IMG/VR virus record: IMGVR_UViG_3300031965_000026
Span: 1-62,879 of that record
Direction: 5' to 3' (one strand)
Length of the DNA: 62,879 nt
Origin: a virus
Lineage: Duplodnaviria > Caudoviricetes
Shown: one piece after another, positions 1 to 10,030 of the stretch
How the letters are laid out: each line of letters opens with the position of its first letter
How positions within the stretch are numbered: position 1 is the stretch's first letter
Translations under genes and position numbers: made by a program
Notes under the pieces: generated by a model
Told to the model about the DNA's origin: nothing
What the model saw: only the letters and a program-made list of their open reading frames with translations
Databases searched by the model: none

Positions 1-831
1 TACATCAACGCCTGGGCGCGTGTCGACTACCCGGCGCTCGGGCGCTGGTACCCGGTCTCCCGGGCCGGGGAAGACAACCTGCTCATGACCTATGACGCCG
101 GGGGCACCGGCCGGCTCACGCCATTCTGGGCTGAGATGGCCGAGGCGGTAGCCGAGCTGCGACCGGTACTTCTCATCGTGGATACCGCAGCCGATGTGTT
201 TGGCGGCAACGAGAACGTCCGTACCCAGGTGCGGCAGTTCATCCAGGGCGCGCTCACCCGGATCGCGATCGAGTACCGCTGCGCGGTACTGCTCCTCGCG
301 CACCCCTCGGTGGCCGGGATCCAGAGCGGGGAGGGCACGGGCGGTAACACGGCCTGGAACAACACCGTGCGCTCCCGACTGTACCTCGAGCGGGAGGAGG
401 GCGACATCGCGACCTACCTCACCCGCAAGAAGGCGAACTATGCCTCACGCGGCGAGCGCATTGAGCTCCACTGGGCCGAGGGCGCGTTCTGGCAGTCCGG
501 AAGCAAGCTCGCGGCCAAGGCGATCGAGAACAGCGATCAGGCTGCGTTCCTGGCGTGCCTGCGCCGCGCGATGGATCAGAACCAGAACGTCGGCACGAAC
601 GAGAAGGGCAACTACGCCCCGCGAATGTTCTTGCGGTACCCGGAGGGCAGGGGAGCGAACCTGCGGCGCCTCGAGAAGGCGATGTACGCCCTCATCGACG
701 ACGGCGTGATCGCGTTCCTGAACAACGACAAGGGGCGCCCGTACCTCCAGATCATCGGTTACGCGCCGAAGCGGATGGGCACAAAAGGCGCCAAAACACC
801 ACCACAAGCACCTACCGATGCACCCACGTAA
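1..831 (+). CDS. C-terminal part of primase-helicase (AAA_25/RepA-like helicase); continues from 61520
   Basis: Walker B LLIVDT, LLLAHPS, AWNNTVRSRL, RKKANY motifs; same frame as 61520-62879. Confidence 0.88.
   Translation, partial: YINAWARVDYPALGRWYPVSRAGEDNLLMTYDAGGTGRLTPFWAEMAEAVAELRPVLLIVDTAADVFGGNENVRTQVRQFIQGALTRIAIEYRCAVLLLAHPSVAGIQSGEGTGGNTAWNNTVRSRLYLEREEGDIATYLTRKKANYASRGERIELHWAEGAFWQSGSKLAAKAIENSDQAAFLACLRRAMDQNQNVGTNEKGNYAPRMFLRYPEGRGANLRRLEKAMYALIDDGVIAFLNNDKGRPYLQIIGYAPKRMGTKGAKTPPQAPTDAPT
2..127. repeat. Terminal overlap, identical to 62754-62879 (circular assembly)
   Basis: 126 bp exact match between the two ends; the primase reading frame continues across the join. Confidence 0.95.
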
Positions 832-1016
832 GTTATTGATCTATCGTCAGCCGAGCTTCCTACACGTGGCGTGTAAGTCATTGATCTATATACCCACGCC
901 ACACATCCGGTCTTACCCACACGTGTTCGCTAAGTCATTGAATTTATTAGGCACCAACTTTCCGCCACACACTCATGTGTATACACACACCCCCGGGTCG
1001 ATGAACCCGGGGTGTG
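829..1016. promoter_or_regulatory. Putative origin or protein-binding repeats: 3x TAAGT(C/T)ATTGA plus a hairpin
   Basis: Copies at 829, 874 and 931; AT-rich; CACACCCCCGGGT...ACCCGGGGTGTG hairpin at about 986-1016; directly after the primase. Confidence 0.5.
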
Positions 1017-1040
1017 CAATGTGCAGAAGGAGACGATGAC

Positions 1041-1421
1041 GTGAACGAGAGCACAGGTTTGGAGTTCATCTCGGCCGCCGAGCTGATGGCAGATCCCTAC
1101 GGCCGGCGATGGCCGGTGGTTCTGGAGACTGGAGAGCGATTGACGTTCGAGGCGGCGTGCACCCAGCACGGGATCGATGTCAGCGACGTCGTGTGCCGGG
1201 AGGGCGACTGGGTGGTGACTGCGCGTGGGCTCGAGTGCCTTGTCACGACGTACGCGATCCCCGCCGAGCGCCTGGGGGAGCAGTGGATTGCCCACATGGC
1301 GGACAAAGGCTGGGTGAAGCTCGACTTTCTCCTCGCGTACTACCGGGCCTGCACACACCACAGACAGGGGGAGGCGGACCTGCCTGCCCTGTGCCGGCTG
1401 CTCGGGTGGCAGGCCGCATGA
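1041..1421 (+). CDS. Hypothetical protein
   Basis: AAGGAG RBS before GTG; GC3-biased codons. Confidence 0.6.
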   Translation: MNESTGLEFISAAELMADPYGRRWPVVLETGERLTFEAACTQHGIDVSDVVCREGDWVVTARGLECLVTTYAIPAERLGEQWIAHMADKGWVKLDFLLAYYRACTHHRQGEADLPALCRLLGWQAA

Positions 1422-1609
1422 GCACCTGCCCCCGGTGCCAGGGGACGGGCTGGGTGGACCGGCCGATGACGCTCACCCTCGACATCCCCGAGCGGTACCG
1501 GCCGGACAGCGGGGACGAGACGGTCGAGCAGCTCGAGGTGCTGGAGCGCCGGGGCTGCACGTGCCCGGCGGGCCGGGCGCATGCCCGGCCGGTGGGAGCG
1601 GGACGGTGA
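1418..1609 (+). CDS. Small Zn-finger-like protein
   Basis: ATGA overlap; CPRCQGTGW...CTCPAG. Confidence 0.55.
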   Translation: MSTCPRCQGTGWVDRPMTLTLDIPERYRPDSGDETVEQLEVLERRGCTCPAGRAHARPVGAGR

Positions 1610-1611
1610 GG

Positions 1612-1809
1612 TCAGTCGCGGCGGCGCAGTGCCATGAGCCAGGCCTTGATGGCCGCCTCGATGGCGGCCGAGCGGCTGGTGCTGCGTACCCGGTCGAGGG
1701 CGGCAACCACGGCCGGGTGCAGGCTCACGGAGTAGGGCACCCGGCCCGAGGGTGGTCGGCCGGCACCGGGGCGGGTGCCGCCGCGTGGCGGCTTGGGGGG
1801 CCTGGGCAT
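1612..1809 (-). CDS. Ribbon-helix-helix-like DNA-binding protein
   Basis: RGGTRPGAGRP motif followed by SVSL...LDR...SRSAAIE. Confidence 0.6.
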   Translation of the reverse strand: MPRPPKPPRGGTRPGAGRPPSGRVPYSVSLHPAVVAALDRVRSTSRSAAIEAAIKAWLMALRRRD

Positions 1810-2376
1810 TCAGGCGTCCGCGTCCTGGCGCTCGAGCAGCGCCTGGATCTCGGCCTCCACGTCGCCAGCGAGATAGACGCCCTGGGACTCGGCCTCAGCG
1901 ACGATCTCGGCTGCCGCCGCCTCGACGCCGCGAACGCGCACGTCGTCCAGGGTCGGCCCGGGGTTGCCGCCGTCGACCCAGTCCCATGCGTCCTGCACGT
2001 CGAGGTCGGCTTCGAGTTCGTCCAGGGCGGCCTCGATCTCGTGGCTCGCGTCCCGCGCGTCGTCGGTCAGCCGGCCGACGTGGTTGGAGCCGTCCCACGA
2101 AACCTCGTGGCCGGCGGCGATCCGCTTGAGCTGCGGGCGGAGCGCCTCGAGGGCGTCCGTGACGGCCTCGCCGCTCACGTTGCGGGCGATGCCCCAGCGC
2201 AGGACCCGGCCGTGCCAGACGTCCATCGGGACGCCGTTCTCGGACTGGTGCAGGGTGCCGACCGAGACGAGGCTGGTCTGCGGGTCGAAGTCGATGTAGG
2301 CGCGGCCTGCCTCGTGGGCCTGGGCCGTGTCGAGCAGCTCGGCGTGCTCGATGGTCGGGAGGGTGATGGTGGTCAT
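1810..2376 (-). CDS. Hypothetical acidic protein
   Basis: GAGGAG RBS upstream of ATG 2376; coding-like composition. Confidence 0.65.
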   Translation of the reverse strand: MTTITLPTIEHAELLDTAQAHEAGRAYIDFDPQTSLVSVGTLHQSENGVPMDVWHGRVLRWGIARNVSGEAVTDALEALRPQLKRIAAGHEVSWDGSNHVGRLTDDARDASHEIEAALDELEADLDVQDAWDWVDGGNPGPTLDDVRVRGVEAAAAEIVAEAESQGVYLAGDVEAEIQALLERQDADA

Positions 2377-2409
2377 CGTCTCTCTCCTCGTGGGGCGGCA
2401 GGAGCGCCG

Positions 2410-2560
2410 CTTGAATATGAGCATAGGAAATCAATTATTGATTGTCAATGCCTATTTTCAATCTCGCGAAAGTCGTTCATGATGTGAATGATTAGGACCC
2501 TAATGATTAGCAGGCTAATGATTCATGAGGTGAACGAGTGACGGCAACGAACATTGACGG
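2410..2560. promoter_or_regulatory. AT-rich divergent promoter region with AATGATT x3
   Basis: Sharp drop in GC between divergent genes; repeats at 2487, 2502 and 2517. Confidence 0.55.
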
Positions 2561-2593
2561 GCCCATTTTGCGCCTGGTTCGGAGCCTCGACGC

Positions 2594-2938
2594 GTGACGA
2601 AGTATCGCGCTCAGCCGATCGAGGTCGACGGGATTCGGTTCGCCTCAAGGCGTGAGGCGCGGCGGTACGAGGCGCTGAAGTTGCTCGTGCGGGCCGGCGA
2701 GATCGTGGATCTCGAGCTTCAACCGTCGTGGACGTTCGAGGTGGATGGGCGCCCGCTCGTCATCCGAAGCGCCGGCTATCCCAACGGGCGGCGCGTGCGC
2801 TACGTCGCGGACTTCGCCTACCAGGACCTGAGCGGCGGCTACGTGGTGGAGGACGCCAAGGGCATGCAAACCCCGGCCTACAAGCTCAAGCGTGCGCTGA
2901 TGGAGTTGCACCACGGGATCGTGGTGCGGGAGGTGTAG
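2594..2938 (+). CDS. DUF1064-family PD-(D/E)XK nuclease
   Basis: KYRAQPIEVDGIRFAS..E..RY, LELQP, YVADFAY, VVEDAKG, YKLK. Confidence 0.85.
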   Translation: MTKYRAQPIEVDGIRFASRREARRYEALKLLVRAGEIVDLELQPSWTFEVDGRPLVIRSAGYPNGRRVRYVADFAYQDLSGGYVVEDAKGMQTPAYKLKRALMELHHGIVVREV

Positions 2939-3160
2939 CCGACGTGTTTGGGTCGCTGAGGCTTACTAGGATGCCCCAGGATCGACGATCGCCCTCGGGG
3001 TTGGGCATGGGTATGGCTAGACGGGGGATCACCCGATGAGAGGCCGGCGCGCGAAGGTGCTGCGGCACATGGCGGAGAAGCTGACCGTGGGCAAGCCCGC
3101 GGGCGTGACGCGGACCGTGTATCAGAACCTCAAGCGCCAGTAGAAGCGGAGGGCGAGAGG

Positions 3161-4696
3161 ATGAACGAGCGAAAGGGCGAGACGGACGGTGAGGCGATGT
3201 GGGTGGCGAACGAGCCCCCGGTGACGTCGTATGCGCGACAGCTGGTGGAGTCGAACCGTGCGCTGGAGCTGGCGCGGCTCGACCTCGAGGATAAGAGCCG
3301 GCAGGCGGAGCGGCTGGAGTACCAGCTGGATGAGTGCCAGGCGGCCTTGGTGCGGGTGCGCGCCCAGCGCGACCTCGTGCGTCAGTTGGCCGAGGCGCTC
3401 GTGAGCGTCCTGCGGCTGGGGGAGAGCCGGTGACAGGACTGTGCATCCATGAACACGCATGAATCGACCTACCTCTGCATGGTTTCAGGCCGGCGCTACC
3501 GGCTGGTGGGGCTGCGGGGCTCAGGCCCGGGGCGCTATCGCCAGTACGAGGACGGCGAGCACGAGCCGTTGGAGATCGTGAAGCGCGATCTCGAGCGTGA
3601 CGCCCAGTGGCAGCGCAAGGTGGGGTACGCGTGACGCCCTACGCTGTCGGGCGCGACGACGACGAGGCCGCGTGCCGGGCTGCCGGCTGTGCCTGCCGCG
3701 AGTCGATGCGCCGCTCGGTCTACCTCGGCTGGGCGGCCGAGCTCGGCGCAGAGCAGGCGGTGCAGCTCGTGTTGCCGCCGGAGGACCAGGGCACGGAGCG
3801 GGTGCAGTACGCGAGGCCGAGAGCGCGCTGGCGGCTGTGGTGGATGGCGGGGTGGGAGACGGGAGGAGGCGACGATGCACGTTGAGCGACTGGAGACCGA
3901 GATCAACGCCGCGCTCGACCGGGCGCGGGGGGCGGAGGGCCGACGAGAGGAGGAGGCATGAGCAAGCTGACGGAGGCGGACCTGCACGAGATCTCGCGAG
4001 CGTTGTGGTTGTCTGACTTGAACGGACGCAAACGCGATCGGATCGAGTTGGAGTTACGCCAGGCGGTACAAGCCGCCGGCATCTACGCCGAGCCCAAGCC
4101 CACCCCCGCCCCCGTCGTCTGGCGGGAGATGTGCGGGCGGTGTAGGTGGTGGGAGAGCAGGCTGACAAACTCACAAGGCAGCTATGTGCAGGCATGGCCG
4201 TGTGCCAGGCACAAAGATTGGCACCATGCCTGGGACTGGTGCTCCCGCTACGAGGCGCGGTCGTGAGCGCCGTCCGCGTCCTCTGCCCAGTCCTCGGCGC
4301 GTGCTTTGCCGTTGTCGCTGTGGCGAGCAATGTCGCTGGCGACAACGCCCTTGCCGCTTGGTGGGCGGGCATCGCCGCGATGTGGGCCGCGCTGGCGGCG
4401 TTTCAGGCGTGGTACATGGAGCGCTCGCTGTGACCCTCACCTGCACCTGCCGCGCCTGCGGCTGCACCTGGACGATCCCGATGCGCGGAGGCGCGCTGCC
4501 GCTCTATTGCGCACCCTGCCGGCGAGAACGAGGGCGCGCCCGCTACCGGCGTCGCCGGCGTCGCAAGCGCGCCGTGCGCCCGACCGACTGGCCGCTCGAC
4601 CGCTGCGGACACGACGTGCGGGTGGACACGTGGTCGGCTCTCAGCCGCGTGCGGTGCCGGGAGTGCGGCGTGACGGAGCTGAGGGGAGGAGCCTGA
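3161..4696 (+). other. Run of small, translationally coupled hypothetical genes (3161-3433, 3449-3634, 3631-3885, 3958-4266, 4263-4433, 4430-4696)
   Basis: GTGA/ATGA overlaps and RBSs; nin-like position before the Q-like gene. Confidence 0.55.
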
Positions 4697-5239
4697 ATGT
4701 ACTCGAGCCTTCACGCCCTGCTCACCCACGCCTACGCCCGCGAGGGCGAGGCCCCGTGCAAGACCAGCTCATACCTCGCGGGGCTGCGCGGCTCGACGGT
4801 GCGGCTGTCGGCCCGCGATGTCGATCTCTCCCGGCTCGAGGCCGTGTGTGAGGCCGCGAAGCTCGTCTCCCGGGTGCGCGATACCTTGGACGGCGCGGAG
4901 CTGATGGCCGTCGAGGCACGGTACTCGCGCGTCCACGTGAAGATCTTGCGCATGCTCGACATGTCGCTCGCGGTGCGCGTCGGCTGGACGCTCGGCGACG
5001 ACGAGCCGCCGCCGCTCGAGTTCCTCGCCGATACCGTCTCGACCTACTACGGGCGCCGGCCCCGGCACGCGCTCGAGTGGTGGGTCGAGAGCCTCGGGGC
5101 CAGCAAGAACAAGCTCGCCGCCTGGCGCCGCGGCACGCGTGAACGCACCGGCGTATACCGGGTGCTGCACGAGTGGGGGGCGTCGGCCGAGGGCCGGCTC
5201 GCTGCGGTCTTCCGCGAGCTTGGGGTGCTCGATAGTTGA
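4697..5239 (+). CDS. Putative late-gene antiterminator (Q-like)
   Basis: Position just before a promoter, a terminator and the lysin; C-terminal AEGRLAAVFRELGVL. Confidence 0.5.
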   Translation: MYSSLHALLTHAYAREGEAPCKTSSYLAGLRGSTVRLSARDVDLSRLEAVCEAAKLVSRVRDTLDGAELMAVEARYSRVHVKILRMLDMSLAVRVGWTLGDDEPPPLEFLADTVSTYYGRRPRHALEWWVESLGASKNKLAAWRRGTRERTGVYRVLHEWGASAEGRLAAVFRELGVLDS

Positions 5240-5264
5240 CAAATGAGTCTGGATATCCCAGATT
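5236..5264 (+). promoter_or_regulatory. Putative late promoter (pR'-like)
   Basis: TTGACA at 5236-5241, 17 bp spacer, weak -10 CAGATT. Confidence 0.45.
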
Positions 5265-5319
5265 TCGCTAAGCTGCCGAGAGCTGACTGCTAAGGCAGCG
5301 ATCTCCTCCTCCGTTGTTC

Positions 5320-5354
5320 AACGGCCCGCCCTCACCGGCGGGCCGTTGCTTTTT
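5320..5354 (+). terminator. Intrinsic terminator (tR'-like)
   Basis: AACGGCCCGCC-ctcacc-GGCGGGCCGTT followed by GCTTTTT. Confidence 0.75.
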
Positions 5355-5365
5355 GGAGTCCCGCC

Positions 5366-5782
5366 ATGCTGCATGCTCGCAACACCGCGTTGCTGGCAAG
5401 CGTGCGTGCGCATGAGGGCTATCGTCTCCACGCGTACCGCGACAGCGTCGGCGTGCTCACCATCGGCTACGGCTACAACGTCGAGAACGGCATGCCCCGG
5501 CCGCTCGCGGAGCTTGTCATGCGCTGGTACGTCGAGCAGGCGCTGGAGTTCCTTGCAACTTACAGCACCTGGTTCCCGCGCCTGAGTGAGAACCGCCAGC
5601 GAGCGCTCACGGAGATGATCTACCAGCTCGGGGCCAACCGCTTCGTCCGGTTCGTGCGCATGCTCCGCGCCCTCGAGGCCGGCGATTTCGATCAGGCCGC
5701 GGCCGAGATGATGACTTCCAAATGGGCCGAACAAACACCGACGAGGGCAATGCATTGTGCGCAGCTGATGCGAGAGGGTTGA
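5366..5782 (+). CDS. Endolysin, GH24/T4-like lysozyme
   Basis: HEGYRLHAYRDSVGVLTIGYGYN catalytic E/D/T motif; SKWAEQTPTRA. Confidence 0.92.
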   Translation: MLHARNTALLASVRAHEGYRLHAYRDSVGVLTIGYGYNVENGMPRPLAELVMRWYVEQALEFLATYSTWFPRLSENRQRALTEMIYQLGANRFVRFVRMLRALEAGDFDQAAAEMMTSKWAEQTPTRAMHCAQLMREG

Positions 5783-6300
5783 CGCCCATTCCTGGCTACG
5801 AGGGCCTGTATTCGGTCACCCGCGATGGTCGCGTTTGGAGCCATCCGAAGCCCTTGAGCGGCGCGCTTGAAGGTCGCGGCGCGACCCGTGGGAAATGGCT
5901 AACCCTGATTTATCAGCGAGGCTATCGCGTCGTTAGGTTGGCCAATGATGGTGTGCACCGTAACGAGTCAGTCCATCGGTTGGTTGCTCTGGCGTTCATT
6001 GCCCGCCCTCATGGTGCGGTTTCTGTCAATCATCTCAACGGGAAGAAGAGCGACAACCGCCCAGAAAATCTCGAGTGGTGCACGCAGGCTGACAACAACC
6101 GCCACGCATGGCGGACAGGCTTGATGCGCCCAGTTCGCGGGCTAAGTGAAATGCAGGCACGCATCTGTCGGCGGCTGGTCGGTCGCCTCACCAGCCAGGA
6201 GCTCGGGCGCATCTTCGGTTGCGGCTCCAGCACGGTCAACCGCGCAATTCACGGTGTCGGCGGCTATGCCACAAGCGCGCCGAGCACTGCGCGCGGCTGA
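5779..6300 (+). CDS. NUMOD4-HNH homing endonuclease
   Basis: PIPGYEGLYSVTRDGRVWS; VHRLVALAF; VNHLNGKKSDNRPENLEW. Confidence 0.9.
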   Translation: MTPIPGYEGLYSVTRDGRVWSHPKPLSGALEGRGATRGKWLTLIYQRGYRVVRLANDGVHRNESVHRLVALAFIARPHGAVSVNHLNGKKSDNRPENLEWCTQADNNRHAWRTGLMRPVRGLSEMQARICRRLVGRLTSQELGRIFGCGSSTVNRAIHGVGGYATSAPSTARG

Positions 6301-6318
6301 TGCGGGAGGGTTGATGCG

Positions 6319-6474
6319 ATGAACCTTGGCACCGTCCTGCTCATCATCCTCGTGCTCCTGCTCGTCGGCGCCTTCCCGGGCTGGGGACATCACAATCTCG
6401 GATACATGCCGGGCGGCATCATCGGCTTCCTGCTGCTCGTCGTGATCGTCCTCGTGTTGACGAAGCGGCTGTGA
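6319..6474 (+). CDS. DUF3309-like small membrane protein (possible holin role); not in the ORF track
   Basis: MNLGTVLLIILVLLLVGAFPGWGHHNLGYMPGGIIGFLLLVVIVLVLTKRL; GGAGG RBS. Confidence 0.75.
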   Translation: MNLGTVLLIILVLLLVGAFPGWGHHNLGYMPGGIIGFLLLVVIVLVLTKRL

Positions 6475-6863
6475 TGGCCCAGGGCGAGAACGCTGAGCGC
6501 CGCGGGCACCACCGCGAATACTGGTCGCCTCGCCCGGGCGGGCAGTGCATGAGCTGGGGTAAGCCGGCAAAGCAGCGCACGCACCGAGCGGAGCGCCGGC
6601 AGGCCAGGGCGCTGCTGGCGGCTGCCATCGTTGCCGCCCTCGCCGGCTGCACCACCCTCGACGCCGGCCTCGGTGTCGCCGAGCGCGCGTCCGAGGAGCT
6701 GACCGTGCGCTCGCTCTCGTGGATATGCGATCGCATGAGCGTGCGCCAGTGGCGTGAGTCGATGGCGCGATCGCGCGACAGCTATACCGGCTGGGTGATG
6801 CTCTGCGGGCAGGCGACGAGCGTGCCGCCGCTGCCGCCCGAGCCGCCCGGGAAGGAGATGTGA
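6474..6863 (+). CDS. Lipoprotein, possibly spanin-like
   Basis: Hydrophobic stretch plus LAGC lipobox; Pro-rich C-terminus; in the lysis region. Confidence 0.5.
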   Translation: MAQGENAERRGHHREYWSPRPGGQCMSWGKPAKQRTHRAERRQARALLAAAIVAALAGCTTLDAGLGVAERASEELTVRSLSWICDRMSVRQWRESMARSRDSYTGWVMLCGQATSVPPLPPEPPGKEM

Positions 6864-9565
6864 CCGTGCACCCCCGAGAGCTCCGCGTCCTCCTCGCCCT
6901 CTGCGCGATCGTCGTCGCCGTCGGCGCCTGCCTGCACGTGCGCGAGGCGCTGGCGACGGAGTACACGTTCCTGCGTACCCCGCGCTGTGGGGACCTGGAC
7001 CCCGCGAACCCGGCTGACCCGGCGACGCTGCATCCCATGTGCGAGGGCAAGGAGCGGCGCACCGTGCTGCCGACCGCAACGTTTCCGTTGCAGCTCGAGT
7101 ACACGCAGATCGCGGCGTACGACACCGAGACGGGCCTCGTGCGGGTGCTGGTCGATCCCGGGCTCGGTAACGCGGCCATCGATCAGGCGCCGGGGCTGGA
7201 CAAGACGTGGATCTATTACTCGCTCGTGATCGGGATCGATCCGCGCGGCGACAAGGACCATATCCCGAGCGCGTGCCACATCGAGCGCGTGCACGCTCAG
7301 ACGCTGGAGCGCCAGCGGCTCATCACCGGCGGCTGCCACATGAGCCCGAGAGAGTACGCGCCCGGAAAGATCGTCTACGGCTGGAACGGTGGCCCCGGCA
7401 AGGGGTTCAGCCCCATCGGCTCATGGGGGCTTTCGTTCCAGCTCGCCATCTACGACATCGAGACGGGCGCCGGTGAGATCATCGGCCATCAGAGCATCGG
7501 CTCGGTGCTGCACCCGTTCCCGCTCATGAACGGCACGATCGCGTTCAACTCGCTCGAGAACCAGGGCATGCGCGGGGTCAAAGCCTGGGGCGTGTGGACG
7601 CAGTTCCCCGACGGCCGGCATTGGGCGCCGGGGTGGTCGGGGTACCAGCTGGAGCAGGCGGGCTCTGCTGGTCGTACGCGCCACTTCGCCGAGCAGCTCG
7701 GCGGCGGCGAGATTGTCACCGCGATCTACTACCACAATTTCACGGGGGGGCTTGGCTCGATATTCGGCTTCTCTCCGCACGAGCGCGAGCCTGGGCGGCC
7801 GGTGTTCGGTCACTGGGATCGCTACAAGGGCACGCCGGTCATAGAGCAGTGCTTCGGTGCGATCGACGATGGCGTGGTCAAGACCTCGTACACCACCACG
7901 AGCTTCGCGCCGCATGGGCTGCGCAACGTGGTGCCCTTCGCACGCCATCGAGACGGTCCGTCGTGCCGCTCGCCCGATGGGACGTGGCAGGGCAAGGCGA
8001 CGCATCCGGCGCCAGCGCTCGACGGCGGCATGCTCATGACGCTCTGCGTCGGTCCGTGCCGAGGAGCGGATGCACCGGCGCCCGAGAGCGATATGGGTAT
8101 CGCGGTGCTGCGTACCACCGAGCAGCCGGATGGCACGAAGATCCTCGAGCCGGCGATGAGCGCGGCCGACGTCGAGTGGATCCACAACACCGATGAGTGG
8201 CACGAGTGGTATCCGCGCGTGCTCGCGACGTACCAGGAGATCTACGGCCAGCCCGCGCCGGAGGCGATCCCGTTCCTGCCGCGCGAGCGGGGCGAGCCCG
8301 GTGAGCCGCTCGGTTGGATCGGCTCATCGTCGACCTGCGTGGCAGACGTGACTGCAAGCGAGACGGTGAACAAGGCCGGCGAGAAGGTCTACCCGGGCGC
8401 GTGGCTGGAGTTCGGCGTCGAGCCCCCGTTCGAGTGCGACAAGGTCGTCGGCATGCGGATCTTGGCGTTCGAGCCGAACGTCTGGGGCCGGCAGCGCAAG
8501 CGATGGACGCAGCTCGAGGGATACAGCCACGAGCGCACGCGCATCCTCGGTGAGGTGCCGATCGAGACGGACGGATCGTGGGTGGCGAGGGTGCCGGCGG
8601 ATCAGCCGCTCGGGTTCGTGCCGATCAACGCGGCGGGCGACGCATTGCTGCCGGCTGCGACGTGGAAGAAGGCATCACCCGGAGAGGTGAGGGTCGACTG
8701 CAAGGGATGCCATGCGCACAGCAAGCAGGGAGTGGAGTTCGCCGGCACCCTGGCCGATGCGGCCGACTACAACCCGCACGACGTGGCGATGCAGACGCCG
8801 ATGATGGAGGCGATCGGCACCGTCATGCATCCCGAGCGGTACGTCGACGTGGAGTGGGTCAGGGACATTGCCAGACACTTCTTGGCCGAGGGTGAGGATC
8901 CGTATGCGGCCGAGCCGTGGAATCGGGTGGTAGCGCAGTTCCGCAACCTTCGTCCAGCCTCCCCGAAGCCGGAGTATTTCGTGCCTGATTCGCGGAGCGC
9001 TCCGCTCGTAACGACGGCCGAGTTCCTCGCGTTCGATGAGCCTACCCAGCGGCAGATCCGACGCTGGATTGGCCTGGCCGCGCCGCGCAACTTACCCCCT
9101 GCGCGATTCCCCAAGCACGCCGGGGGCAGGTGGTACGACGACGACTACCCGCCGACCGTGGCGATGGAGGTGGTCGGGGATCAACTATACGTCGGCGCGT
9201 ACGATCTGCACGACGTGAGTGTGGTGCCGGTCGTCGAGGTCGAGGGTGTGGCGCTTGAGCTGACCCGGCTGGACGCGCTGCGCTGGACGACACCGGCACC
9301 CCCGGCCGGAACGCTCGTTACCGTCCGAGCGACCGACACTGGGGCGCTCGGAGGTGAAGCGTCACTCGCGAACGAGCGGGTTATCTCGCGCGTGCTCGGC
9401 GCAGGGGCGGTGCCGCCGTCCGATCCGACAGACCCACCGCCCGTCGACCCGCCGGACTGCCCCGTGCCGGAGCCCTGCCCCGACTGCCCGCCCGTGCCGG
9501 CGTGCCCGGTGCCCGAGGTGGTGCTGGCGTGCCCGGACGCAGTGATCTGCACGATCGAGCCGTAG
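6860..9565 (+). CDS. Secreted protein with a hydrazine-synthase-alpha-like middle domain and a CxxCH motif
   Basis: N-terminal signal; RILGEVPIETDGSWVARVPADQP...SPGEVRVDCKGCHAH; Cys/Pro-rich tail. Confidence 0.7.
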   Translation: MTVHPRELRVLLALCAIVVAVGACLHVREALATEYTFLRTPRCGDLDPANPADPATLHPMCEGKERRTVLPTATFPLQLEYTQIAAYDTETGLVRVLVDPGLGNAAIDQAPGLDKTWIYYSLVIGIDPRGDKDHIPSACHIERVHAQTLERQRLITGGCHMSPREYAPGKIVYGWNGGPGKGFSPIGSWGLSFQLAIYDIETGAGEIIGHQSIGSVLHPFPLMNGTIAFNSLENQGMRGVKAWGVWTQFPDGRHWAPGWSGYQLEQAGSAGRTRHFAEQLGGGEIVTAIYYHNFTGGLGSIFGFSPHEREPGRPVFGHWDRYKGTPVIEQCFGAIDDGVVKTSYTTTSFAPHGLRNVVPFARHRDGPSCRSPDGTWQGKATHPAPALDGGMLMTLCVGPCRGADAPAPESDMGIAVLRTTEQPDGTKILEPAMSAADVEWIHNTDEWHEWYPRVLATYQEIYGQPAPEAIPFLPRERGEPGEPLGWIGSSSTCVADVTASETVNKAGEKVYPGAWLEFGVEPPFECDKVVGMRILAFEPNVWGRQRKRWTQLEGYSHERTRILGEVPIETDGSWVARVPADQPLGFVPINAAGDALLPAATWKKASPGEVRVDCKGCHAHSKQGVEFAGTLADAADYNPHDVAMQTPMMEAIGTVMHPERYVDVEWVRDIARHFLAEGEDPYAAEPWNRVVAQFRNLRPASPKPEYFVPDSRSAPLVTTAEFLAFDEPTQRQIRRWIGLAAPRNLPPARFPKHAGGRWYDDDYPPTVAMEVVGDQLYVGAYDLHDVSVVPVVEVEGVALELTRLDALRWTTPAPPAGTLVTVRATDTGALGGEASLANERVISRVLGAGAVPPSDPTDPPPVDPPDCPVPEPCPDCPPVPACPVPEVVLACPDAVICTIEP

Positions 9566-9654
9566 CGTGAGGCGGTTCCCGCGCTGCTGGCGGTGCTGGG
9601 CGCTTTTGTTCGGCGCGATCGTGCTGGTCTACGCGCGGAGCCTGGAGCCGGCCT

Positions 9655-10005
9655 GTGGGTGACTCGGCCGCCGCCAACACCCGCGCACTCAACGGCGGCG
9701 TTCAGGTGTGGCTACGGTGGGCGGCAGGGCTGACGCTGCCGGCCCTGCTGGCGGGCATCGTCTGGCTCGCCACGGAGGTATCGAGCCTGCGTGCAACCGA
9801 CAGAGAGCACGCGATATACATCCAGACACTACAGGATGGTCGCTCAGACATCCGGGATATGGTGGAGGCGACTCACGGTTTGACCGTGCACATTGAGAAA
9901 TTTGCGGTGAGCCTGTCACACATGGCGGACGCCGTGAAACAGCTACAGGCGGATGGGCGAGAGCGGGATCAGAGGGCGTCGCCACCGGCACCGCCCGAGC
10001 GGTGA
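9655..10005 (+). CDS. Membrane-anchored coiled-coil protein
   Basis: One TM segment followed by a heptad-like region. Confidence 0.55.
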   Translation: MGDSAAANTRALNGGVQVWLRWAAGLTLPALLAGIVWLATEVSSLRATDREHAIYIQTLQDGRSDIRDMVEATHGLTVHIEKFAVSLSHMADAVKQLQADGRERDQRASPPAPPER

Positions 10006-10030
10006 TGGCATAGAAGGCTGTAAGGCGTCA

